Source: Myxococcaceae bacterium (GTDB taxonomy: Bacteria > Myxococcota > Myxococcia > Myxococcales > Myxococcaceae). Taken from it: 64,000 bases of DNA. How positions within the stretch are numbered: the stretch's first letter is position 1; each line of letters starts with the position of its first letter. Where the stretch lies: assembly GCA_035501615.1 (NCBI GenBank), contig DATJVY010000058.1, positions 1-64,000 on the forward strand, read 5' to 3'. Position numbers and translations under genes: made by a program. Shown in pieces: positions 1 through 8,818 of this stretch. The notes under the pieces are model-generated. The model was given only the letters and a program-made list of their open reading frames with translations. It did no database searches and was not told the origin of the DNA.

Positions 1-1
1 T

Positions 2-454
2 GGCCTCGTCCACGCGGAAGACCCGTTTATCGTTGCGCTCAGCATGGGCGTTCTCGACTGGGCACAACCGCGGGGCGAGCCTCCGCCGCTAATGGGCGCG
101 GTCTACGCGATGGGGCAGGTGGAGTTCGTGCTGCCCATCGCCGGGCGAGGTCAGCCGCCGATTGAGCCCTACGTCCAGCGACGCCAGCGGCTCTCCGCCA
201 AGAAGAGCGCAGCCGGGAACCCGAAGGATGCAGATCTCTTCATGAGCCGCGGCGAAGCAGGGGGCATCTCAGCCGTCCTCTTCTCGGAGCACTACACGGA
301 CCCATTCCGAAGGCGAGACGGGCGGGAGTTCGAGCTGGTGCACAACGCCCACGCTCTCGTGCCCGTCGCCGAGCGTGCTCTGCCGTGCGGACGGGAATGG
401 GCCAGGCGGGGTGACTTCATCGAGCCCCTTGACCCTTCCGCCACCGCGGCCTGA
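2..454 (+). CDS. Hypothetical protein, probably 5'-truncated by the window edge. The frame is open from nt 2 and the first ATG is at 44. It contains an R-x5-H (REFELVH) motif.
   Basis: Open reading frame from the window start to the stop at 454. No recognisable domain. Convergent with the NTase-fold gene. Confidence 0.3.
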   Translation, partial: GLVHAEDPFIVALSMGVLDWAQPRGEPPPLMGAVYAMGQVEFVLPIAGRGQPPIEPYVQRRQRLSAKKSAAGNPKDADLFMSRGEAGGISAVLFSEHYTDPFRRRDGREFELVHNAHALVPVAERALPCGREWARRGDFIEPLDPSATAA

Positions 455-455
455 G

Positions 456-956
456 TTAGGCCGTGTCCCGCCTCGCCCTGGCGAGGGCCTCGAGCGCCTT
501 GGCGGCTCGTTCCGCGCGGTCCGGCACGTTGAGGGCCCGCCCGTAGAAGTGCTCGAGGGTCGTGATCGACGCGACCTGGGTGCGAGCGGTGGATCTTGCG
601 ATCCCCACCGCTGCCGCATCTGCCCAGAAGCGCGAGAACTCCGCCGGTGTCGGCACACGGAAGTCGATGTTGAGCACCCGCTTGCTCGAGAAGCCGCAGT
701 TGCCCTTGATGAACTGCTCGACGGTCGCCTCCGTCGGCTGGGCGCCAGCCCGCAGCAGCGCACCGTTCAGCTCGCCGTGCATCTGCGCCGAGGGTTCCAG
801 GAGCACATCGAGGTCTCTGGCGAACTGCCACTCGGGGGCCGCCGGGACGTGAAACCGGAGAGCGACGCTCCCATCCACGATGAAGCGCGCCCCCCCGCGG
901 GTGAGGTCCTCGACGAAGGCACGGGTCTCATCCCAGGGGATCTCAACCTCGAGCAT
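456..956 (-). CDS. Nucleotidyltransferase-fold protein, 166 aa (minimal Pol-beta-like NTase)
   Basis: Strong RBS GGGAGGAA 7-8 nt upstream of the ATG at 956. N-terminal motif 'VDGSVALRF...ARDLDVLL' fits the hG[GS]...DxD NTase signature. Confidence 0.5.
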   Translation of the reverse strand: MLEVEIPWDETRAFVEDLTRGGARFIVDGSVALRFHVPAAPEWQFARDLDVLLEPSAQMHGELNGALLRAGAQPTEATVEQFIKGNCGFSSKRVLNIDFRVPTPAEFSRFWADAAAVGIARSTARTQVASITTLEHFYGRALNVPDRAERAAKALEALARARRDTA

Positions 957-1140
957 GCTTCATTCCTCCCGTGTGGGACTCTTCCCGGTGTCCGCGGCAC
1001 TGGATGCGTCAGCTCTGACCCCAAACTCGGGCGGCGGGTCAAAGCGACCCACTGACGCGCCGGTAACCCAGCTCAACCAGAAGGCCTCTCGAAGGTCTTG
1101 TAGTTGCACGCGGAGCTAACCTTCGAGGAGCCGCGCACAC

Positions 1141-2085
1141 ATGCGAACCGTTTTCGCCAAGCTTCACCTCACCGTCCAGGTTCTCCTGATTCTGGTCGCC
1201 GCTGGAGTCCCTATCTTCACCGCCGTTGCCTGGCGCCATGATGACGACGCCGTGCGGGCGGCCCAGGCCTGCGTTGGACGACTGGGATCTGGCCCCGTGA
1301 GCGAAAACCGATTCAGGGAAGCGTGCAACGTAAACGTCTACGGCTACGGGCGTGAGGCTCAGCCAGACTTCTTTGCCGGGGACGCGTGGTTTTGGAGCTC
1401 GATGTACGACAAGAACCGGACCAGTTTCGAGTCGTCGGTCGGGCTGTCGCTGCTGGCCGGTATTCCGGCGCTGCTTTGGTTCTTCCTCGGTATCTGGGTT
1501 CGTTGGCTTACAAAGCCAGCGGCCACTGCGACCGCCGCCCTGCTCTTGGTCTTCTCTGCTGGGTCCGCGAAGGCCGATTCTCCTGGTCACTTCGGAAAGG
1601 TGTTGGCCAGCGATGGAGTGGTGGCAGCCTGGGATGGATGCCGCGATGGCGTCGTCAAAGGCTGGGGCAAGGATCAGCCTGCACGCGTCGTCGCTCTTCA
1701 CTGCGCCTGCATCGTCGATGCGATCCGCACGCTCAACCCTAACAAGCCGATGTCCGAGAGCACGAATCTTGTGCTCCCATCAGCGAAGCAAGCACAGACC
1801 TGCTTCGCCGACGCTCAGTCCCGCGTCGCTAACCGTGATCAGGCGACGAAGGGCTATTTTGGAATCGGCAAATGGGACCTCCCTACCGAGAACGTCGTCG
1901 GTGGATACCTGGGCTGTACATCTGAACTGAGAGGCAAGATTTCGCCGAAGACGGCGTCTAGCCGGTGCGGTTGCGTCGTCGATGCGATGCGAGCGAACGC
2001 CCGTTTCCCATACGGCGGCACGGCGGCTGAGAACCAGAGGGTGCTTCCCACGAGTTCACAGCTTTCCGTTTGCGAGAGCCTCTAG
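1141..2085 (+). CDS. Hypothetical secreted/membrane protein with an internal duplication (C[AG]C[IV]VDA[IM]R motif twice)
   Basis: 314-aa ORF. N-terminal hydrophobic segment. GC is clearly lower than the surrounding sequence. Confidence 0.45.
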   Translation: MRTVFAKLHLTVQVLLILVAAGVPIFTAVAWRHDDDAVRAAQACVGRLGSGPVSENRFREACNVNVYGYGREAQPDFFAGDAWFWSSMYDKNRTSFESSVGLSLLAGIPALLWFFLGIWVRWLTKPAATATAALLLVFSAGSAKADSPGHFGKVLASDGVVAAWDGCRDGVVKGWGKDQPARVVALHCACIVDAIRTLNPNKPMSESTNLVLPSAKQAQTCFADAQSRVANRDQATKGYFGIGKWDLPTENVVGGYLGCTSELRGKISPKTASSRCGCVVDAMRANARFPYGGTAAENQRVLPTSSQLSVCESL

Positions 2086-3248
2086 TCACTGGCGATCTTC
2101 ACGCCAAGCGTCGGCGAGCCATTCGATTGCCCCGCAAGTCGCTGCTCACTCCGGTGGTCTCGGAATCCTCCTGGCACCCTCATTTCAAGCAGCTTCTTGA
2201 CGGCCCGCTCAGAGCGCCTACGCGCACGGCACTCGAGGATCTCTTCCAGGACTTCGTGGACGTGGACGGAGGAAAGTTCGTCAAGGACTTTCAGACAGCC
2301 GGATTCGATGCGCGGTTGTTCGAGTTGTTCCTCGACTGCGTGTTTCGATTCGAAGGGTATCGTCGAGATGTCGAGTACGCGCGGCCCGACTTCGTCTTGA
2401 GCGGACGGGGCTACGAGTTCTGCGTCGAGGCAGTCACTCTCAATCCGACTGGGGGCAAGCCGCTTCCTCCGTTTGATGCGTCCGAGCTCGCACCCAGAGC
2501 AGACGGAGAGAATGACCTGGAGCGGCTCCACCTGACTCCGGTGCTCATGCACGAAGCTCTCACGAAGAAGCTTTCGAAACGTTATTGGGATCTTCCGCAC
2601 GTCCGAGGCAAGCCGCTGATCATCGCCCTCCAGAACTTCAGTGAGCGGTTCTCACTCGGGCACTCCAGCAACCCTCTCATTCACCTGCTTTACGGAATCG
2701 ACTTCCAAATGGCTCCGGGCACACCTAGCCGGTCGCGGGTCCGGCATGTGGAGCTTCACACTCACGAGAGAGGAGGAAGAGCAGTCCCTTCCAGGTTCTT
2801 CGAAGATCCAGAGAACCGCTACATCAGCGCGGTGCTCTTCACGAACACCGGAACAATCTCCAAGTTCACTCGGTTCGAGTACCGCCGCAATCGCGCCCGG
2901 TATCCGCAGATTTCAGCCGTGATTCGCTACGGAGAACGCCACGTTCATGGGCCGGAAGCGTTTCTCCCCGAGCCGTTTATCCATCGGGTAGGTGAGGACG
3001 GGACAAACGAGAGTTGGTGTGAAGGGCTCACCGTGCTTCACAATCCCAGTGCTGCGTATCCGCTCGATCACCTTTCACTGCCCGGCGTGTCCCACGTGGT
3101 CCGAACGCCCGAGGGTGAGCTACTCACGTATGTCCCTGAGTTTCACCCTTACTGGTCGCACACATCCATCCACAGAGGCGGTTCAGTCGAAGACGTTGTG
3201 CAGCGTCTGTGGAAGGTACTGCGCGATGTACGACGCCCACGCGAGTAG
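2070..3248 (+). CDS. Hypothetical protein, 392 aa, lower-GC island cargo
   Basis: Long ORF in the lowest-GC stretch of the window, about 55-60% against a background above 70%. No recognisable family. The start may be an internal ATG. Confidence 0.45.
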   Translation: MREPLVTGDLHAKRRRAIRLPRKSLLTPVVSESSWHPHFKQLLDGPLRAPTRTALEDLFQDFVDVDGGKFVKDFQTAGFDARLFELFLDCVFRFEGYRRDVEYARPDFVLSGRGYEFCVEAVTLNPTGGKPLPPFDASELAPRADGENDLERLHLTPVLMHEALTKKLSKRYWDLPHVRGKPLIIALQNFSERFSLGHSSNPLIHLLYGIDFQMAPGTPSRSRVRHVELHTHERGGRAVPSRFFEDPENRYISAVLFTNTGTISKFTRFEYRRNRARYPQISAVIRYGERHVHGPEAFLPEPFIHRVGEDGTNESWCEGLTVLHNPSAAYPLDHLSLPGVSHVVRTPEGELLTYVPEFHPYWSHTSIHRGGSVEDVVQRLWKVLRDVRRPRE

Positions 3249-3586
3249 GACTCGCCTCGCAAAATGGGCTCCCGGGGAGGAGCGGGGGTGACTGTCGCGG
3301 CCCAGGCCCTGGCGTCGTGGCAGCCGCAGTCTGCCGTCACCGTTCCTCAGCGCCGGAAGTGCTCCACCGGTGGCAGAAGGTTCTGAAGAACCACCGCCCT
3401 GGGACGGCAAGTCCAACCGCCCAGGGAGAGAGCTGCGCCTCACACCGGCTGACGGCAGCCCACCGGTGCAGAGCTTGGGGCCACCGTACTTGGCGCGGCT
3501 GACTTCAGAACACCGCGATGCTGACCGACGGCAGAACTCGACTGCGGGGGCTCCAGCGGATTCCCGTCGTACGGAGTCGGCATTGC

Positions 3587-3973
3587 TCAGCGCCCGCGAG
3601 CCATCCGCTTCGCCAGCTCGGCCTCGGATACCCCGAGCTGCGCCGCCCACCGCTTCGCCCGCGAGGACAGTGCACCATCCGCCATCCGGACGCGGCTCTC
3701 GGCCCCCGCGGGCGTCGCCGGCTCCTCGCTGACCCGGGCGGGCTCGACGGGCCGGGCCGGCCGGTTGAAGCGCAGGCCGAGGGCGACGAAGGCCTCGTCC
3801 TCGTCCACGAGCCAGCCGCCCGCTGACGTGCGCAGGGCCTTCAGCCGCCCGGAACCAACCTTCAAGGCGAGGTGGTCCAACCCGACGCCGGCAATCCGCG
3901 CCATCTCCTTCAGAGACATGAGCTTGCTCATGCAGGAAAGCCTACCGCATGCCTCTGTCCACTCTGTTGTCAC
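3587..3973 (-). CDS. Small HTH DNA-binding protein
   Basis: The segment 'MSLKEMARIAGVG...' is a helix-turn-helix-like stretch. It sits 3 nt downstream of the next HTH gene. Confidence 0.4.
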   Translation of the reverse strand: MTTEWTEACGRLSCMSKLMSLKEMARIAGVGLDHLALKVGSGRLKALRTSAGGWLVDEDEAFVALGLRFNRPARPVEPARVSEEPATPAGAESRVRMADGALSSRAKRWAAQLGVSEAELAKRMARGR

Positions 3974-3976
3974 GCC

Positions 3977-4944
3977 TCACCGGCGGAGCAGAGCGGCGAG
4001 CTCGGGGCGGTCCACGAGGAGACGGTCCGTGGCGCTCTCATGCCGGAGGCGCTCCTCGCCGCGGGCCTTCCTTGGGGCGGGTGCCCCGGCCGGGACGAGG
4101 AAGGGCTGGAGCGGGTGGCCAAGCTGCCCCTGGAGGCGGTGAATCTCCGGCCCGAGCCGTTCGACGAAGCGGCTGTAGGCCTGCGCGGCGCGCCGAGCCT
4201 CGGGCTGAGCGGGGTGCTGCTTCGCGAAGTCGCGCCATAGCTCGTGCAGCCGCTCGAGGAGTGCGCGCAGTCGTGCCTCGGGCTCATGCTTGAAGTCCCA
4301 GGGGGACTCCACGCGCTGCTGGAGCGCATGGCTGAGCCGACCCCAGGTTACCCCGTCCGTCGCGTTCTGGCGGGCCAGTACGAGCTCTTCGAAGCTCATC
4401 GAGTCGAGCTGCTGGTCCGTCAGCGCCGGCGCCTTCGGGGTTGGCGGCGCAATGCATCCCTCGCGGAGCGCCTTGCATGTCCACTCTGCGACGCGGCGAA
4501 CGTCCGGATGCTCGCGATCGAGCTTGTCCTCGATGCGGTCGAAGAGCTGCCGGGCGCGCTCGTGCGCCGGAAGACTCCCCGCCTCGTCAATGAGTAGGAG
4601 CACCCGCGCGCGCTCGCGGCCCAGGGACTCGCCCAGGGCGCGGTGCTCGGCCCTCACCGCGTCGTTGTGCTCCCGGCGCTGATGGGCGGAGTACGGGCGC
4701 GGCTCCGTCCAGGCCGTAGCGCGCGGTGCGAGGGCCTCGGCCCGTTTCACCCCGCCAGCCTGATGCGCCCTCTTGGCCTCGGCCCGCGGGCCCCGCTTTC
4801 CCACGAGGCAGTTGGCGAGGTGGGGCCTGGACATCTTCAGCGAGGCGGCGATGGCTGTCATCGACTCACCGGCGTCCCGGCGTCGCTCCGCCTCCTGGAG
4901 CTGCACCTCCGTAACGGGGATGGATGGGGGCAGCGGACTGCTCA
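3977..4944 (-). CDS. HTH-domain protein, about 322 aa. The N-terminal 131 aa of the listed 453-aa ORF is probably spurious.
   Basis: Internal ATG at 4944 is preceded by GGAGG 8 nt upstream. The N-terminus 'ESMTAIAASLKMSRPHLANCL' looks like an HTH. Confidence 0.5.
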
Positions 4945-5407
4945 TGGTGAAGCCTCCGGTACCTGCGAAAATGGTGCGGTGATTCTCCGAGGTGAAACGG
5001 GGAATTTCGCCAGGTCGAACGTCATCCGCGGACCTCCGCGCGGGCAGGGCCGCACCGAGGAGGCTGCCCCTCTGGGCGGAGGAGGCCCAAGGCGCGCGCT
5101 CGCGCTTCGAGCCGCCGCTCGTCGCCGGGGCCCTCCAGCTCGAGGCGGCCGAGCAGCGCGACGGCGAGAAGTTCCACCGGCCCTCCAGTGCCCCGGCATC
5201 GCTGATGCCAGTAGCGCCGGCCGCGATGGGCCAAATTGGCTCCGGTGGGCTTGCCCGCGACCCGAGACCCGCCCCCACGACACGTCGGGCAGCGGAGCGA
5301 GAGGATCCGCCTGCCGTCCCGGACGACCGGCCACGCAACGGCCTCGGCGACCTCCACGAGGCTTCGGGTCTCCAACCTGAGCCTCCACTTTGCGGTGAAC
5401 GCCACGG

Positions 5408-5583
5408 CTAATCCTCCGCCGCGTCGATGAAGGCCTTGAGGTCCTCGGGACGGACCCGCCGCTCACCGAGGATGCGAACCGTCCGGAGCAGCTTCCCGTG
5501 CGCGAGTTGTGTCACCAGCTCCAGCTTGACCGCCAGCAGCTCCGCTACCTCGTGGAAGGTCAGCAGCCGCCCGGGGTGGACAT
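5408..5583 (-). pseudogene. Excisionase-family (MerR-like HTH_17) DNA-binding gene. It needs a +1 nt correction in a C3G4 homopolymer at 5570-5576.
   Basis: The ATG at 5583 gives MSTPGGC then a stop. Shifting one base in the ccc/gggg run reads MSTPGRLLTFHEVAELLAVKLELVTQLAHGKLLRTVRILGERRVRPEDLKAFIDAAED, a canonical 58-aa excisionase-like protein. Confidence 0.45.
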
Positions 5584-5699
5584 GCGGGTGGACAGCAGGA
5601 TGAGTCTCAGTGGCCTGGATGACTGCCCCTGCTACCCCTCCAAGGGCTGCCTGACCTTTAATGGGACCAGGTGAATTCCTCTGCTCTGCCCCAGGCCAC

Positions 5700-5734
5700 C
5701 CATTCCTAAACGCTAGGTCACAGGTTCGATCCCT
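5700..5734 (+). other. tRNA 3'-end-like fragment (T-arm plus acceptor 3' strand), a putative att-site remnant or direct repeat
   Basis: GGTC-ACAGG-TTCGATC-CCTGT-CGGGGTC-A reads as a T-stem, a TPsiC loop matching TTCRANY, and a 7-nt acceptor strand. No matching 5' half lies upstream. Confidence 0.4.
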
Positions 5735-5741
5735 GTCGGGG

Positions 5742-6176
5742 TCATTGAAGAACGTCGCGCGGCCCCTGGCGGCCTTGCCCCTGGAAGAGGGGGCGGTAGA
5801 CGTCGCGGTAGGTCCAGGCGAGGTAGGCCTCCAGCCCCAGCAGGATGAGAGCGAGGGCCAGCCCGTCGGGGGCCAGGAAGACGTGGAAGGCGACGATGTT
5901 GACGACCACCGGGGCGATCAGCACCACGGCGAGCGGCGCAAGGCGCTTCGACAGGAACGCCGCGCCAGCGAGCAGCTCGGTCCCCTTGAGCAGGGGAAGG
6001 AAGTAGCCGGAGCGGAGCAGCGCTCCGGCGAAGAGGATGGCCCGCTCCGGCAGCGGCCGCGAGGGATGCGGTAGCACGTCGATGAAGCCGTCCAGGCCGG
6101 CGAGGAAGAAGATCAGGCCCAGCGAGACGCGGGCAAACGTCGAGAGAGCCCGTCGAATCGCCTCCGGAAGGTCCAT
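5742..6176 (-). CDS. DoxX-family membrane protein
   Basis: The 144-aa C-terminal part of the listed ORF is hydrophobic and DoxX-like. Internal ATG at 6174-6176. Confidence 0.55.
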   Translation of the reverse strand: MDLPEAIRRALSTFARVSLGLIFFLAGLDGFIDVLPHPSRPLPERAILFAGALLRSGYFLPLLKGTELLAGAAFLSKRLAPLAVVLIAPVVVNIVAFHVFLAPDGLALALILLGLEAYLAWTYRDVYRPLFQGQGRQGPRDVLQ

Positions 6177-6419
6177 GCGCATCGAGGTCGGGGCGGCGGT
6201 CAGGGGCTGCATCGACGTCTCTCCAGGCTCGACCGGGTGAGAAATTCCCGGTTCGCCCAGACGACGTTCGAGGACCGCCGGAATCGACATCGCGGCCCGG
6301 CGCTCCGGCGCCACGCCCGAAAGGGCCGGGTTTCGGACAGTTGGCCGCGACGTGCCCGGGCCCGCAACGAGGACCCGGCAGAGTGTCCTGGCGGGGGGCT
6401 TCGAACCGGAGGGAATCCC

Positions 6420-6893
6420 ATGACGGCGACGCGCGTGCTGGCACTGTCGAGCCTGGCGGTGCTGTTCGGTTGTGCGACGGAGAAACCGGCGACCATCAAG
6501 ACGGCCACCTACAACGTCGCGCTCACCCCGGGCGTCGAGGTCCCGGTGTGTCCCGCCGCCGGAGCGGGCGCAACGGGAACCGCGAACCTCGTCATCGCCC
6601 CCGACGACTCGTCGATCACCGTCACGGTGACCTACTCCGGCCTCTCCGGGGACGTGACGGCCGCCCACGTGCACACCGGGGCCGCCGGGACGGCCGGGCC
6701 GGTGGCGCTCCCCTTCTCCGCGCCGTTCACCTCGCCGTTCACCAAGACCTTCACCGCCGCCAGCTACGTCGCGGCGCCCAACGCACCCCCCGACTTCGCG
6801 AGCTTCCTCGTCGCCCTGAGGAGCGGCGGCACGTACCTGAACGTCCATACCGCGGCGTGCAAGCCGGGGGAGATCCGCGGGCAGATCCAGTAG
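6420..6893 (+). CDS. CHRD-domain lipoprotein
   Basis: ATG at 6420 with GGAGGG upstream. Signal peptide plus a Cys. The CHRD-like motif 'AAHVHTGAAGTAGPV' is present. Confidence 0.6.
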   Translation: MTATRVLALSSLAVLFGCATEKPATIKTATYNVALTPGVEVPVCPAAGAGATGTANLVIAPDDSSITVTVTYSGLSGDVTAAHVHTGAAGTAGPVALPFSAPFTSPFTKTFTAASYVAAPNAPPDFASFLVALRSGGTYLNVHTAACKPGEIRGQIQ

Positions 6894-6909
6894 CCCGGCT
6901 CCCGCCGGG
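6894..6909 (+). terminator. GC-rich hairpin after the CHRD gene (cccggc-tccc-gccggg), a possible intrinsic terminator without a U-tract
   Basis: A 6-bp perfect inverted repeat directly after the stop codon. Confidence 0.25.
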
Positions 6910-6964
6910 ACGCCCGGGAGACGCTGCAGGGCTCTGTACCGGTCGGGGACGCCGGAAGGCGGCT

Positions 6965-7993
6965 ATGCCTCCGCTCATGCGGACGCTGATCGTCGGTGCC
7001 GGTGCCCTCGGGGGCCTCGTCGCGGCGCGCCTCCAGGCAGCCGGAGCGCCGGTGCATCTCGCGGTGCGCGACCGGGCCTCCGCCGAGAAGCTCTCGGCCC
7101 GGGGCCTGGCGGTGAGCGGCGTCGGAGGCTCGGTCCGCGTCGAGGCGCCCCACGTCGCGCCGCTCGATGCCTATCCGTCCGGCATCGCCTTCGATCTGGT
7201 GCTCCTCGCCACCAAGGCCCACCAGGCGACGGAGCTCGCCCCCACCGTGGTGCCCTGGCTCGCTCCGGAGGGGACGCTGCTGCCGATCCAGAACGGCGCG
7301 GTCTCCGAGCTCCTGGCCGACCGGCTCGGCACGGACCGCGTGCTCGGCGGGCTCTCCAACCTCGGGACCACGATGCACGCGCCGGGCGTCTACGAGCAGC
7401 GCAACGCCGGACACCTCCTCGTCGGCGAGCTGGGCGGCGGCGAGAGCGCGCGCGCCGACCGGGTCCGGAGCTGGCTCGGTCGGGGGGTCGAGGTGCGCGG
7501 CACGCCGAATCTCCGCGGGGCAGTCTGGTCGAAGCTCCTCCTCAACTGCTCGGTCACCACGCTCGGGGCGGTCGCCGGCTGCACGATGCGGGCGTACGTC
7601 GGGACGCCCGAGGGTCGCACCGCCTTCGATCGGGCGTACGACGAGGCCCTCGCGGTCGCCCTGGCGAGCGGCGCCCGTCCGGAGCGGATGATGGTGGAGC
7701 CGGTGCCGCCGGGCTGGAACGGGCGGAACGTCCCCGGCGAGCTGCACGAGGCCTGGCTCGCCCGGGTCCTCGCCTCCTACGGTGACCTCAAGCCCTCGAT
7801 GCTCCAGGACTTCGAGGCAGGGCGCGCCACCGAGGTCGACTTCATCAACGGACACGTGGTGGCGCTCGGACACCGGCTCGGAGTCCCCACTCCTGCGAAC
7901 GCGGCCATCGTGGAGATCGTGCACGCCATCACCGCGGGACGGCTGTCCCCCGACCCGGCGCACCTGGGGCGCATCGCCAGGGCACCGAGCTGA
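6965..7993 (+). CDS. panE: 2-dehydropantoate 2-reductase (ketopantoate reductase, ApbA/PanE family)
   Basis: N-terminal Rossmann motif 'LIVGAGALGG'. Length and conserved C-terminal domain match KPR. Confidence 0.65.
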   Translation: MPPLMRTLIVGAGALGGLVAARLQAAGAPVHLAVRDRASAEKLSARGLAVSGVGGSVRVEAPHVAPLDAYPSGIAFDLVLLATKAHQATELAPTVVPWLAPEGTLLPIQNGAVSELLADRLGTDRVLGGLSNLGTTMHAPGVYEQRNAGHLLVGELGGGESARADRVRSWLGRGVEVRGTPNLRGAVWSKLLLNCSVTTLGAVAGCTMRAYVGTPEGRTAFDRAYDEALAVALASGARPERMMVEPVPPGWNGRNVPGELHEAWLARVLASYGDLKPSMLQDFEAGRATEVDFINGHVVALGHRLGVPTPANAAIVEIVHAITAGRLSPDPAHLGRIARAPS

Positions 7994-7997
7994 GGCC

Positions 7998-8669
7998 TCA
8001 CCGTCGCGCGCCGCGGCGTGCCCGCGCCGGGTAGCCGACCGTCTGGGCGAACAGGACCCGCTTCCCTCGACCCAGCCCGAGCGCGCGTGCGAGGCGAACG
8101 CGCTGGCAGTTGTGGAACCAGGCCGCCAGTCCCGTCGCCGCCGCGAACAGGTAGACGTTGGCGGCGATCATCCCGGTGTCGACGAAGTAGTAGGACCGCT
8201 GCACCGCCGGGTCGTGCAGGCCAGGCTCCTCGAAGCCCCGGGTGTGCTCGAGCCGGTCGAGGTCGACGACGAAGAGCAGGCGCACCGGCGCGCTGGCCCC
8301 GAGCAGCTCCTGCCCGGGGTTGATCGCCAGGGGGCGGAGGTCGCGGGCAGACACCCGGAGCAGGCGGTGGCCGGAGGCATCGTAGCGCCAGGCGCCGTCG
8401 GCCCGGAGCACGTAGAGGTCGATCTCCTGCGAGTTGCTCGCCGAGCCAGCCGTCCGCCCGCTCACCCCGAAGGGTCCCCGCCGGCGATTCACCCCCCAGG
8501 CCGCCCAGAGCAGGTCGGAGAGCACTGGGGTGGGCAGCGGGCGGTCGGAGACGTCGCGCACCGTCCTCCGGGCACCCAGCGCCGAGCCGAGCCCCGCCCT
8601 CCCCGGGAGCGTCGGTCTCGGGAGACGCCAGACGTCGACATCCGCTCTCGACGACGCTCGTCGTTGCAT
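7998..8669 (-). CDS. Nitroreductase-family (SagB-type dehydrogenase-like) protein
   Basis: Internal ATG at 8669 with GGAGG upstream. The C-terminal half matches the nitroreductase fold. Confidence 0.5.
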   Translation of the reverse strand: MQRRASSRADVDVWRLPRPTLPGRAGLGSALGARRTVRDVSDRPLPTPVLSDLLWAAWGVNRRRGPFGVSGRTAGSASNSQEIDLYVLRADGAWRYDASGHRLLRVSARDLRPLAINPGQELLGASAPVRLLFVVDLDRLEHTRGFEEPGLHDPAVQRSYYFVDTGMIAANVYLFAAATGLAAWFHNCQRVRLARALGLGRGKRVLFAQTVGYPARARRGARR

Positions 8670-8818
8670 GACCTTCCTCCCCGAGGTCACTCTACGCAGA
8701 GACCACGTGGATCGACCGGATGATCGCGCCGCAATCGACGGCCGGGGCGCCGGGAGCGGCCCCGAGGGCAAGCGAGGGACGGAGCGATCCACGTGGTTTC
8801 GGCGCTAGGCTCCCGCGG

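Noticed and set aside
44-956. Firm call of a HEPN/MNT toxin-antitoxin pair.
   Set aside because: The genes are convergent rather than co-directional, and the R-x5-H motif alone is weak evidence. Kept only as a low-interest hypothesis.
2070-3248. PD-(D/E)xK restriction-nuclease motif in the 392-aa island protein ('PDFVL...EFCVEAV').
   Set aside because: No lysine in the E-x-K position. The motif cannot be supported by eye.
5742-6848. The 368-aa N-terminally extended version of the DoxX gene, plus the overlapping 243-aa ORF 5713-6444.
   Set aside because: Only the C-terminal 144 aa are hydrophobic and DoxX-like. The upstream part is low-complexity and overlaps the divergent CHRD gene's upstream region.
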